Shown here: in pieces, positions 35,615 through 46,489 of the stretch | Position numbering within the stretch: position 1 is the first letter of the stretch | Layout: each line of letters opens with the position of its first letter | Assembly (NCBI RefSeq): GCF_021869535.1 | Contig: NW_026262690.1 | Location: forward strand, 11,842,001-11,906,000 | DNA: 64,000 nt | Direction of reading: 5' to 3' | DNA from: Mytilus californianus | Taxonomy: Eukaryota | Position numbers and translations under genes: made by a program | Notes under the pieces: generated by a model | What the model saw: only the letters and a program-made list of their open reading frames with translations | The model's database searches: none | Told to the model about the DNA's origin: nothing

Positions 35615-36270
35615 TGGTGTGGTAAAATACTCAATAAATCATACTAACAGTATGGTAAGATATTCAATAAAACACATAATTTTCCTATATTCTCAATACA
35701 CCACAATCACCTTGTGATAAGTAACTCAATCTACTACAAGCAAGCATCGTCTGGTAAAATACTCAATAAAACGCCTTTCATCGTCTGGTAAAATACTAAA
35801 TGAACGACATTCACCGGCTGGTAAAATACTCAATAAACGACATTCACCGTCTAGTAAATACCCAATAAATGACCTTCACCGTCTGGTAAAATACTCAATG
35901 GACGACTCACTGTCTGGTAAAATACTCAATTAACGACATTCACCGTCTGGTAAAATACTGAATAAACGACATTCAACTTCTGGTAAAATCCTCAATAAAG
36001 TAACTCAATCTACTACAAGCAAGCATCGTCTGGTAAAATACTCAATAAAACGCCTTTCATCGTCTGGTAAAAAAACTCAATGAACGACATTCACCGTCTG
36101 GTAAAATACTCAATGGACGACTAAAATGGACGGGAAAAACAAGTAACAAACACAGTATTGGTTAAGTATAATATTCAATAAAACATAAACATCGTGTAGT
36201 TTATTACTCTACCACAACCACCCTGAGGTAAAATACTCAATACACAACATCTACTGTGTGGTAAAATATT
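35615..36270 (+). repeat. ~33-bp minisatellite (GGTAAAATACTCAAT core, ~15 copies) with a 279-bp internal duplication
   Basis: Unit ACGACATTCACCGTCTGGTAAAATACTCAATAA; block at ~35718 repeated at ~35997. Confidence 0.85.
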
Positions 36271-36949
36271 CAATACATAATTCACAATAAAACTTAACGC
36301 CAGTATCGGATTATGAGGGCAATGGAACATGATGGTTCACATTGGATTATCTCTCCTTTAGCAGAAAACTAAAAATAAATTGGGTCTGGAACTTCAGTTT
36401 AGTACGAGTTATGTTAATTGTCTTGACGTCTCTTTTATCAACAATCAACATAATTCATGAATATGCAGGTATACATCAAAGAGACAGCAACCCAACGACA
36501 AAATTAACCAAAATCTATATAGAAGGCAACATACAGTCTTAACAATATTCACAAATTCTACTACCATGCAAAATACAGGAAACGATCCAAGATTATTAAT
36601 AACATATTTTGGAGGGTTAGCAGTTCTAAATAAAGACAAATTGAAACCGTATATCCAAAATTTGAATAATACTAACCCGTATTATCAATTAACCCGTATT
36701 ATCAATGGGTAAATCTTCAAAGCAATTATTTCGGTTTCGGAGAAGATCTGTATATATGTTTATTTAAACCATTGTGGTGACGTCAGCCTATTCATTTACC
36801 GTGGATTCTTTTTCTAGAATCAACGCTTCCTAAATATGCCGCTGAAATTGACTCGCCAAATTATATTCAATTGTTTCCTTTGTGTGCCTAATTTCATTAA
36901 GTTTGAATTGGCTAATTTACTGATTTCTGTTCACGAATGGAATTAATTT

Positions 36950-37310
36950 AAAAACTTACCTTTAAATTTTGTTATTTTTATATGCCTTCACTGGGAATCG
37001 AACCCTTCCTTGAAATCTGTTATGTGTGACTGACATCAACACATCGACGAAACCTCTCGGCCACCAATGGGTTACACTATAGATGTCTATTTTATATATT
37101 TAAACGAACATCTGATATACATCGGTTCATCGGACACACAGGGCTTGTACCTTTATATAGACACAATAGGCAGTCGTATAGTATGAGTTGGTAGCCTCGA
37201 GGTTAGCATGGTTAAAATCAATGAGTTAAAGATAGGGATTTGTCGGTTTAGGTTCGAATCCCTGTATTCTCTCTGTTGTTCCAATTCTTAAGTTATCCTG
37301 GTTTTATTCT
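36950..37310. promoter_or_regulatory. Divergent pair of Pol III type-2 promoter modules (A box plus B box)
   Basis: Minus: GGTGGCCGAGAGGTT (37065-37051) and GGGTTCGATTCCC (37005-36993). Plus: GGTAGCCTCGAGGTT (37190-37204) and GGTTCGAATCCC (37251-37262). Confidence 0.6.
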
Positions 37311-37874
37311 AATTTTGCATGTTATAGTGGATATTTTTGTAATAATAGCGAGTTTTATCGGTTTTTTTTTATTATTATTGGCTATTTCACATGTTTGAAA
37401 CAAAAATGATTACATTCTATTTGTCAAATTTTGTTTTATAAATATAGTATGATTTCATCTGTTTTACTACATAATTTTACAAAGGTTTGTTCGCAAATTC
37501 CTATGCGAGAAAATCGTGATGTGCCTAGAGTGCTAGAAATATTTCGATAACATACTTATTATATATACTTTATATATGCCTTTTGGTCGGGTTGTTGTCT
37601 CTTTGACACGTTCCCCATTTCCATTTTCAATTTTATTAGAACTAATTTTGAATATGTCTTATTTTGTATAAACAGATAATATTCATATGCCTGGTAATAT
37701 AAAGATCTTTAAAGGTAGAAGTGTTATATTTGTATTTTGTTAACCAATTAATTGTGATCTGAGATTTATCAATGCATCGTTGGTCACGATAACATGGTTA
37801 TTTAAACTCACTTACAATACCTTCTAATTGAGAAAAGGCTTTAATTTTGAAAAGAAATTAACATAATAGTTTAA

Positions 37875-37983
37875 GTTATAGATACAATGGATAAGCGTAG
37901 ATTCATGAAAAACAAACCATTCGCCCTCCGGGCTCATGGTTTCTTTTTCAAGAATCCACGCTTATCCATTGTATCTATATAAC
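37875..37983. repeat. Foldback palindrome (~46-bp arms)
   Basis: GTTATAGATACAATGGATAAGCGT...ACGCTTATCCATTGTATCTATATAAC with apical TCGCCCTCCGGGCTC. Confidence 0.8.
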
Positions 37984-38307
37984 GTATTATTCACCCAGTT
38001 GTCCAGCATATACTAGCGACACGACCTTACCTTACGATTTTAAGAACGTGGCTTAAGTTTACTCTATGTATATTTTAATGCTAAAGTTACATGACAAAAA
38101 AAATGGGCATGCGTCAAATGATATGGTAGGGTAAACGAACAGTCCTCGAAAATGGGATATAATTGATGGATAACGCATTATTTTTCCTGAAAACTGTCAT
38201 TTATTTCATTCCTGAATACTTTAATGTTTATCTGAACTGAAAATCAGTGAACAAACTTTGATGTAAACATTATGTTTTACTGAGCTTAGCTCCGTGCAGA
38301 TTTTGTA

Positions 38308-39424
38308 ATGAGTGAAAACAATATGGCGTCCCCCACAAATGTAAACAAGGACTTGCCAGATGAAAGCCAAGATGATATTTTGGTAACCTGCTCTCAACCA
38401 GGTCTTACAATAACCACTCAAGAGTCTATTTGTAACAAGAGACCCCATCCAGACAGCCCCGATACCCTCCCAGCGACACTTAAACAGCGGACAAGACAAC
38501 TCCGAAGGCGAGGCAATTCGTTAGGTGATCTTACTGATTTAGATATTCCCAAAAAAGCGGCTTCACTTAGAAAGTCTGTTGCTGATAGAGTCCTGGAGGC
38601 CCTAAGCAGTCCAGAGGTCATAAACACTATTATGCCTATTTTGTCAAAACAAATAAGTGAAACCTTGGTGCCAATTATACAAACGGAGGTCAAAAAATGT
38701 GTTATGGACGAAATGGAACCACTTTTACACAAAATCGACAGTCAGAATAAAACAATTGAAAAACAACAGCAACAAATCACCATACAATTTATCCAACTTT
38801 CAGCCTTACAAAGCACCACTAAAGATCAAGTAACATCAAACAAAGAACGAGACAACGATGTCAACTTCCTTCATAATAGAACTAGAGAACAGACTTGAAA
38901 TTCAAGAACAGTACTCTAGAAGGACAAGTCTTCGTTTCAATAATATCCCTATTCCTGTAGACCGACTCAGTGGAGGTAAAATTGTACATCCTGTCGATAC
39001 TGACAAAATCATATTGGATACATGTAAAAACAAACTCAAACTTGATATTGGTATCCAAGACATAGGAAGATCACATGTCATTGGCAAAGTCAAACAAGGA
39101 AAGTCTCAAGTGATTGTACGATTCATTTCCTACAGAACTAGACAACTAGTATACTCAAACAAAAAGGCTCTAAAAGGTGATCCAAATGGTACCTTCATTA
39201 CAGAAAATTTGACCCAATTTAGGACAAACCTCGTCAAAAAATTAGCCGCTCTAAAATTTAACAATAAAATCAATACATACTGGACCATGGACGGTCGAAT
39301 CTTTGTCAAACTGACTGCAAACAGTAATAAACGAATAATCAACGATCTCCAAGATATTTCTGATCTTGAGGCAGCAATCCGTCAAGGTGAAGACAGCACA
39401 AACTCAAACAACTCTGGAGACTAG
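38308..39424 (+). pseudogene. LINE ORF1 (coiled coil plus L1 transposase-22-like RRM/CTD), one frameshift near 38880
   Basis: ORFs 38308-38898 and 38858-39424; motifs LENRLEIQEQYSRRTSLRFNNIP, IGRSHVIG, VIVRF, FITENLT, WTMDGRIFVK. Confidence 0.85.
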
Positions 39425-40283
39425 AGTTCAGGATCTCATCAACTTTTCAAAACTTTAATAAACTCACTTCTTATTTGTTTCGCATTGTTTCACGTTTCCT
39501 AATAAGTATCATATGTGCTAATCAAGGTGTTGCCAATTACAAATAGAGTATTCATGTCAAAAAAAATCCTAATTAAATAAAAAATAATGAACGAAAGTGA
39601 TCACACTATATAACACATCTCTATGAATAAAGTAAATTAGCGTTTTCCTTTACTATGAAAATTGACACTTATTCACTCTTAATTATGAAGAAGACTTAAG
39701 TTAACTCTTCTATTTAATAAACAGCAGCTGGTACACTTATGTGATTGATTTTTGATAAGCAATAATAATTCGGACGAAGCATATCATAGTATGCGTTTAT
39801 AGTTTGGAGCCCATCTCTTTCTTGTTTTGTTTTTCTGCTTAACATGCAAATTTTCCCTTTAACTCCATCCCTCGTCATCTTCTTCCTTTATACGCAATAA
39901 CATACATTCGTTGAAAACTGCTAACAGGGTTATTGTCCTGTTTAATAACCTTATGAAAATAGATCAGTTATTACTTATTATGACTTTCAACATGGTATTC
40001 AAGTTTCTTATTTGTATTATTAATGGCTATCTTTATATGGTAAAATTCATGCTAAAAGTAAGGCGCTGGCTCGCCGTTTACAGTTTTATAAAAAAAAATC
40101 AAATCAAACATTTATGTACGTAACAAGTACATATATTAAAATTACCAAATCAGTAATAAGTACAGGACATAATCGAATCTTATAAATGTTAACTCCTTAT
40201 TTTCTATTATTTTTCCGTCCAATCTTCTTTTATTTATAGTTCATATACAACCAGTACAATTGTCAACAGCATGTAATATATTA

Positions 40284-41779
40284 GGGGACAACCATTTGAT
40301 ATTCTGGGGGGGGCAGGAGGATTTTGAAAATAAATAACTCAGCCTTGATAATCACAAAAATAAATGGTTTGTTCTGTGGTAGTTCGAAAATAAATAACCT
40401 GACTTACAATGTATTGAAAATGAATAACTCGGCAGGTCTTTAAGCCATTTTATAAATGCTATTCGACAGTATGAGGTGGCACGAAGATTCTTCATAAAAT
40501 TCCTCTTTTTTTCAAAAAAAATTCGGGAAACACTTCCCAAATCTTTTAATAATAAAAGTATAAATATTATTTAAATATACTTGAAATGTCTGAAAATGGG
40601 TTTCATTTAACTTGAGATATATTGGCTCAGGAACACTTACCTCACTTTTATTACAGGGCTGTAACTACATTGAGGCAAATGCCTTTATGAAGGAAATATT
40701 AAAACCAAAAGCTTGTCTTCATATCAAACTATTTTCACAGCAAGTGTTTGCAAGAAGCAAGTTCTGTTCTCCCTTGGACGTAGCACCTGTTTTTTTCGGG
40801 ATCAATGTTTTTTTAAATTTGTCTTTTGTTCATTGATTGCCCTTCTGTATTTTCTTAGTGTTGCATTCCTTTTGTGATTTAGTAATTTTGTTTTCAACTT
40901 GATCATGAGTTTTATTTTATTTAAGACTTTTTAGCTAATTTTACAACTTAACTACTTTAAATTGTATCCCAGTTAAGAGCTACATCAAGTTATAATTGAA
41001 ATGTGTTATTAAAAATTACTTGACATAGTTATATCACTGATAATCAGCCCCCTCCTAACTTAATTTGAATAAAACCCCATATAATTTACAGGTATAAAAG
41101 ATTTAAATTCTGCATGCCGAAAAAAAAAAAACAAAAACAAAAACAAAAACAAAAAAAAACCAGCAGCCACATACTTAACTATGTGAATTACATTTTTACT
41201 TTATTCTTCATATTGGTCTTTTGATGTTGTCCATAAAAACTTAAATCTATACATTTTGCTTTAAGACCAAAATATTGTCAAAAAATTATTAAAACAGAAC
41301 TTGCGATTTCAGAATAAGAAAGGGTCTGGGGACGCCCAGAAAGCACGATTTTGCAACATTTGTTCTATAGTTTCTTTGGGCCTTCAGCGGCTTCAAAACC
41401 CTTCAAAATTTGTTTGCCTCGCTCCGCTCGGCGTAAATATATTTGGCAATACTTTTAAAAGAGGCTAGTCACAGCCCAACTCTAATACCATGTATTTATG
41501 CATACATGTATATGCAGTTTGGGATTCAGAAGATTCATTTCCGCAGAGGATGATGATTAATTCTGATTAAATGGTACATTAATGACTTGACTGTACATGT
41601 ATTGTTTATAATAAAAAATGAATTCAATAATTGTATGTTTTCAAATATTATTAATATAGTTATAAATAATCAGTCCCTTGTTTTAATGAAAATGAAAAAT
41701 CTTGCTTCAACAGTGCAGAAAATAAATAATCTGTCCTCTTAGTTTACAAAAATAAATAACCGATCCAAAACAAATCCTC

Positions 41780-41817
<38 letters not shown>

Positions 41818-41839
41818 AGAATATCAAATGGTCGTCCCC
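40284..41839. mobile_element. PIF/Harbinger-type MITE
   Basis: TTA TSD (40281-40283, 41840-41842); TIR GGGGACAACCATTTGATATTCTGGGG..CAGGAGGA; periodic AAAATAAATAA subterminal motifs. Confidence 0.85.
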
Positions 41840-42499
41840 TTAGTGTACACTGTAGAAATCCAGTAAATACTCTTACCGAACTCTACACAAATGATCAATT
41901 TAAATACCTATCGACGGATAGCTCACCATAGCAGTGTATCAGTATTTAATAAATGCATAATTTGAGAATGAATAAAAAAAAAACAAAGCGTAAAGAATAG
42001 CTGTAATGCAAGATGAAATTTGTCTATTATTATATGAGCCATTTGCCTTGACCTTTTGTATTGTATTCCTGTTCGGTTGTCAATGTATTTATGTTTATTG
42101 TGTATGCTGTGGTAATTTGTACTTTCATGTTTATTGTCTTTGCTGTTTTTTTGTAATGTTTGATTTAGATGTAAAACCAATAGCATATATGGAAGTTTGG
42201 GCTAATACTGCTAACAACAATGATAGCTATAAAACTACAAAAAATAATGATAGATTTTAAAGAAACGTCTATATCCCATTCCTCTGGCTAATTAAATATG
42301 TGTTCTGGCTACCAAACTTGTAATTTAAAACTTGTTTACTTCCAGGTCTAATAGTTTGAACTTTATCGTGTACAGCTTTCTCATTGGCATTCATACTTAG
42401 TGCCTTATTTAATATCAATACAGTTTCAATTTAATTTTTTTTGTCTAGTTTTTCCCTGTAAGTATAATACTAAATTTTTTCAATATAACAGAATCCCAT

Positions 42500-42613
42500 T
42501 TTCATTCAACGATCATGACTTCCATGTATGTCAAACTTACTTCTCATGCTTTTATACTGTTCAAATTATTTTTTGAATCTTTTTGTTTTTTTTTATTTTG
42601 TTGTGTTTTCCTG

Positions 42614-42646
<33 letters not shown>

Positions 42647-45600
42647 GTGTGCCGGTTTGGTAATGCTTCCCTACAACAGTCCTTTCTTATCCCCTGTTAC
42701 GGCTGTTTCAGTCAATGGGTAACAGCGTTCAAGATTACAGGGCTGCTGTAGGTATATTTAATAATCGAAGAAAATACTGTAAACCTTTAGCACGTATAAA
42801 AATGGATTCCTATTCAGATATACTTTTTACTAACTTACGCTGCAGTTTCCTCGTCTTCAATCTCTCGGTTTTACAAACAGTAAGTCCAAGATCAGACATT
42901 ATTTTTCTGTTGTATGTACTTCATTTTATCCTCCTAATTGGAAATGTTGAAACAAACCCAGATCCAAATCTTCGTAACGAATCGAATACACCGTCATTTA
43001 ACGACACAAATACATCAGAAAATTTTATTTCCATTTGTAGTCTGAACATTAGATCCGTCAGAAATAAACTAGCATTTCTAGATAATTTTTGTGACGAATT
43101 TGATATTGTAACATTAACAGAAACGCACTTAGATCCCAACATCGCTGATGACAACATACAACTAGACTCTTTCTCTTCAAATATCGTAAGAAAAGATAGA
43201 AATAGCTTTGGTGGTGGTTTACTTATCTATGTTAAAGATGGTATTGGACTTAAACGCATTGATGCACTCGAAACAATAGACGATGAATCCCTTTTTGTAA
43301 ATATCCATGTTAGAGGCCAAACATTTTTATTATGTCACACTTATCGATCGCCTAATTCAGATAATAACTACTGGACACGTTTAAATCATGCAATCGGAAT
43401 GGGATTACAGGTCAATGAGAGGATGGTTATTACGGGCGATTTGAACTCTGACTTACTTACAGCGCACAACAACAAACTGATTGACACATTAAATTTGTTC
43501 AATCTAACCAATGTAATTAAGCTACCTACTAGAATAACGGACCATAGTAGCACTCTGCTAGATCCGATTATAATAAGTGACTCTATGACATGTTCCTTTT
43601 CTAGTGTTCTAAAAACCCCATCCGATATTAGTGATCATGATGCACCTATTGCATTTCTCGAATGTCCAATGTCCTATTTTAAATCTTTTAAAAGAGAAAT
43701 ATGGCTCTATGATAGGGCTGATAAATCAAAATTTGCGGAGAAATTAGATGAAATAGACTGGAACACAGTGCTTCCGGACACTAAAAACACCAACGAGTTG
43801 TGTGAAATATTTACAATCAATAGAATTTTTGAAAATAACCAAAGAGTGTATCCCTACTAAGCTAATAACTGTAAGACATAACGACAAACACTGGTTCACT
43901 AACGATATAAGACGAGAAATTCGAATTCGAGACCGATTAAGAAAAAAGGCAGTTAAATCCAAGACTGAAAATGACATTTTGAGGTACAAGCAACAGAGAA
44001 ATAAAGTAAATAATATGAAAAAAATAGCCAAAGAAAAGTTTGAAACAAATTTGGACAGTATTATACTAGAAAACTCCCCGAACTCAAAAACGTATTGGAA
44101 ACTTATGAAAATGTTGATTAAATCAAATAAAAATTCGGACAACATACCCCCTCTCCAAAATATTATAAATGATAATGGACTAAACGATGTCGTATATGAA
44201 GATGAGGATAAATGCAGCTTATTAAACAAATATTTTAGTATGATTTCAAAACTTGATGAAGAACATGTAAATTTACCCGAATTTAAAACAAAAACTGATA
44301 GTAAATTTTCGGAAATCAAAATAAATACACAAGAAATCATAGATATTATCCAGATATTAGATCCAAACAAGGCATCAGGCCCAGATGTGATCAGCCATAA
44401 AATGCTTAAGTTATGTCCGGAAAAGGTTGCAGTTCCGCTAAACATTATATTCAATAAATCTTTAAGAGAAGGCAAATATCCAACCAGTTGGAAGATAGCT
44501 AATTTAATACCTATTTTCAAAAAGGGGGATTCATCCTTGCCTTCAAATTACAGACCAATTTCTCTTATTAGTTGTGTTGGAAAAGTAATGGAAAGAGTTG
44601 TTTTTAAGCACTTGTATAATCATCTACACGCTAACAAATTAATTTATGAATATCAATCCGGATTTCTTCCCCAAAATTCAACTGTCCATCAACTTTTAGA
44701 AATATACAACTGCATCTTAAACGCTTTGGAAAAAAAAGAAATAAACTGTTTTGTATTCTGTGATTTCTCTAAAGCGTTTGACAAAGTTTGGCATAGAGGT
44801 CTTATTCACAAACTGAAAGCCTATGGTATTGATGGAACCTTATTACAGTGGTTTGAAGATTATCTGCATGACAGGAAACAAAGAGTAGTACTGAATAATT
44901 CGTCCTCCTCTTTTTGTAATGTGTCAGCAGGTGTACCCCAGGGATCTGTTTTGGGCCCTCTTCTCTTTGTTTTATATATTAATGATATTGCTGATAAGCT
45001 TACATCGCTGTGTAGGCTATTTGCAGACGACACTTCATTCAGTTATTCCGGTAGCGATGGTGCACAGATTAAATCTGTGATCGACCGCGACCTGAAAGAG
45101 CTGGACGTTTGGTCAACTAAATGGCTTATGTCATTTAATCCTGATAAAACAGAAATTATGATATTTTCAAATATTGAGATACCAGATCTCAACTTTTCCC
45201 TAAATGATAAAACTATCCTTATAAATACATCGCATAAGCACCTGGGAGTTACCTTTAGTTGTGACGCAAAATGGAACAATCATATTGAAAGTATAATTAC
45301 AAGTGTAAAGAAACACCTTAATGTTCTGCGTAAACTTAAATATCGACTGTCTCGTAATAATTTAGAAAAACTTTATCTAGTTTTTATTAGACCCATTTTT
45401 GAATATGCCACGGAAGTGTGGGATAATTGTGGGATATGTTATTCAAATAAATTAGAAAATTTGCAATTGGAAGCCGCAAGAATTGTAACAGGTCTACCAA
45501 TCTTCACTAAAACTGATACTCTGTACTCTGAGGTTGGCTGGGAATCTTTATATGAAAGACGAAGAAGAAGAAAATTACAGATGTTTTATAATATAAATAA

Positions 45601-46488
45601 AAAACATGCACCTCAGTACCTGTGTAATCTTGTCCCCCCATGTATACAAAGTACAACCAACTATCCGTTGCGAAACGGTCAAAATATCATTGTTCCATTT
45701 TGTAGACTTTCCCTTACCACTAAATCTTTTATTCCATCCACAATACGAGAATGGAATAAGCTTGACTTAAAAATTCGAAACACCGACTCTATAGCTAAAT
45801 TTAAGAGAGAATTGAAAAATGAAAGTGTTCAGAGTAGAGTTGCGCCGTATTATATGTACGGTCCGAGAAAACTGAATATTATTTTAACTCAATTGCGATG
45901 TTCCGCTTCATTTTTGAACTCTGACCTTTTCAAAGCTAACATTATACTGGATCCTTCGTGTCAGTGTGGGTCTGATATTGAGGATGTTCATCATTTTCTT
46001 TTAGTTTGCCCAAAATACACTACGTGTAGAGAAATTTTACTTAACAATCTTAATTGGCTTACTGAAAACTTTATTATTGATACTAAACTATTAACTTGCG
46101 GAGATCTTGAACTTTCAAATGAACAAAATCTACTAATTTCCAAACATGTTCAAGATTTTATTAAAAGGTCTAACAGATTTCTAGTACCTTCATAAAATAT
46201 TATTGCTACCGGCACGGATGATCATCACCATCAAACCTAAGTCAACATCACAGAAAATATAATTTGCTTCTTTTTTCTTTTCCTCCTTTTCCATTCTTCT
46301 TGTTCTTTTTTTCTTTTTATTTATAGTTCGTATAATATTTAATGAATTTGTTAGCTTTACATGCATGCTCATAATGTTATTATTGTATATATACTTGTAT
46401 TGTAATATGGAGAAGACTTCATAAGTATGATTTACTTGTGTCTCATCCATTTTGCTGATATTTAGCAAATAAAATATGTTTAAACTAA
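42500..46488 (+). mobile_element. CR1-group non-LTR retrotransposon, ORF2 unit with UTRs (may extend 5' to ~38000 to include ORF1)
   Basis: 3' end with stem-loop TTTGCT-GATATTT-AGCAAA overlapping AATAAA, then ATATGTTTAAACTAAAC; 5' boundary approximate. Confidence 0.85.
42715..46195 (+). pseudogene. CR1-group LINE ORF2 (2A-like leader, APE endonuclease, reverse transcriptase, C-terminal Cys/His motif), single frameshift near 43810
   Basis: NIRS, LTETHL, GGGLLIYV, GDLNSD, SDHD; NYRPISL, DFSKAFDKV, GVPQGSVLGPLLF, FADDT; CQCG..EDVHHFLLVC. Confidence 0.95.
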
Positions 46489-46489
46489 A

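Noticed and set aside
36990-37265. Two tRNA genes
   Set aside because: A and B boxes are present, but I could not form acceptor or anticodon stems.
42528-42722. Poly-Asp ORF upstream of ORF2
   Set aside because: It derives from the (GAT)10 tract and a T-rich region. The tract is better explained as part of the UTR pairing.
43744-45279. Antisense ORFs (258 aa, 78 aa) over LINE ORF2
   Set aside because: These are shadow frames of a stop-free coding strand with no recognisable domain.
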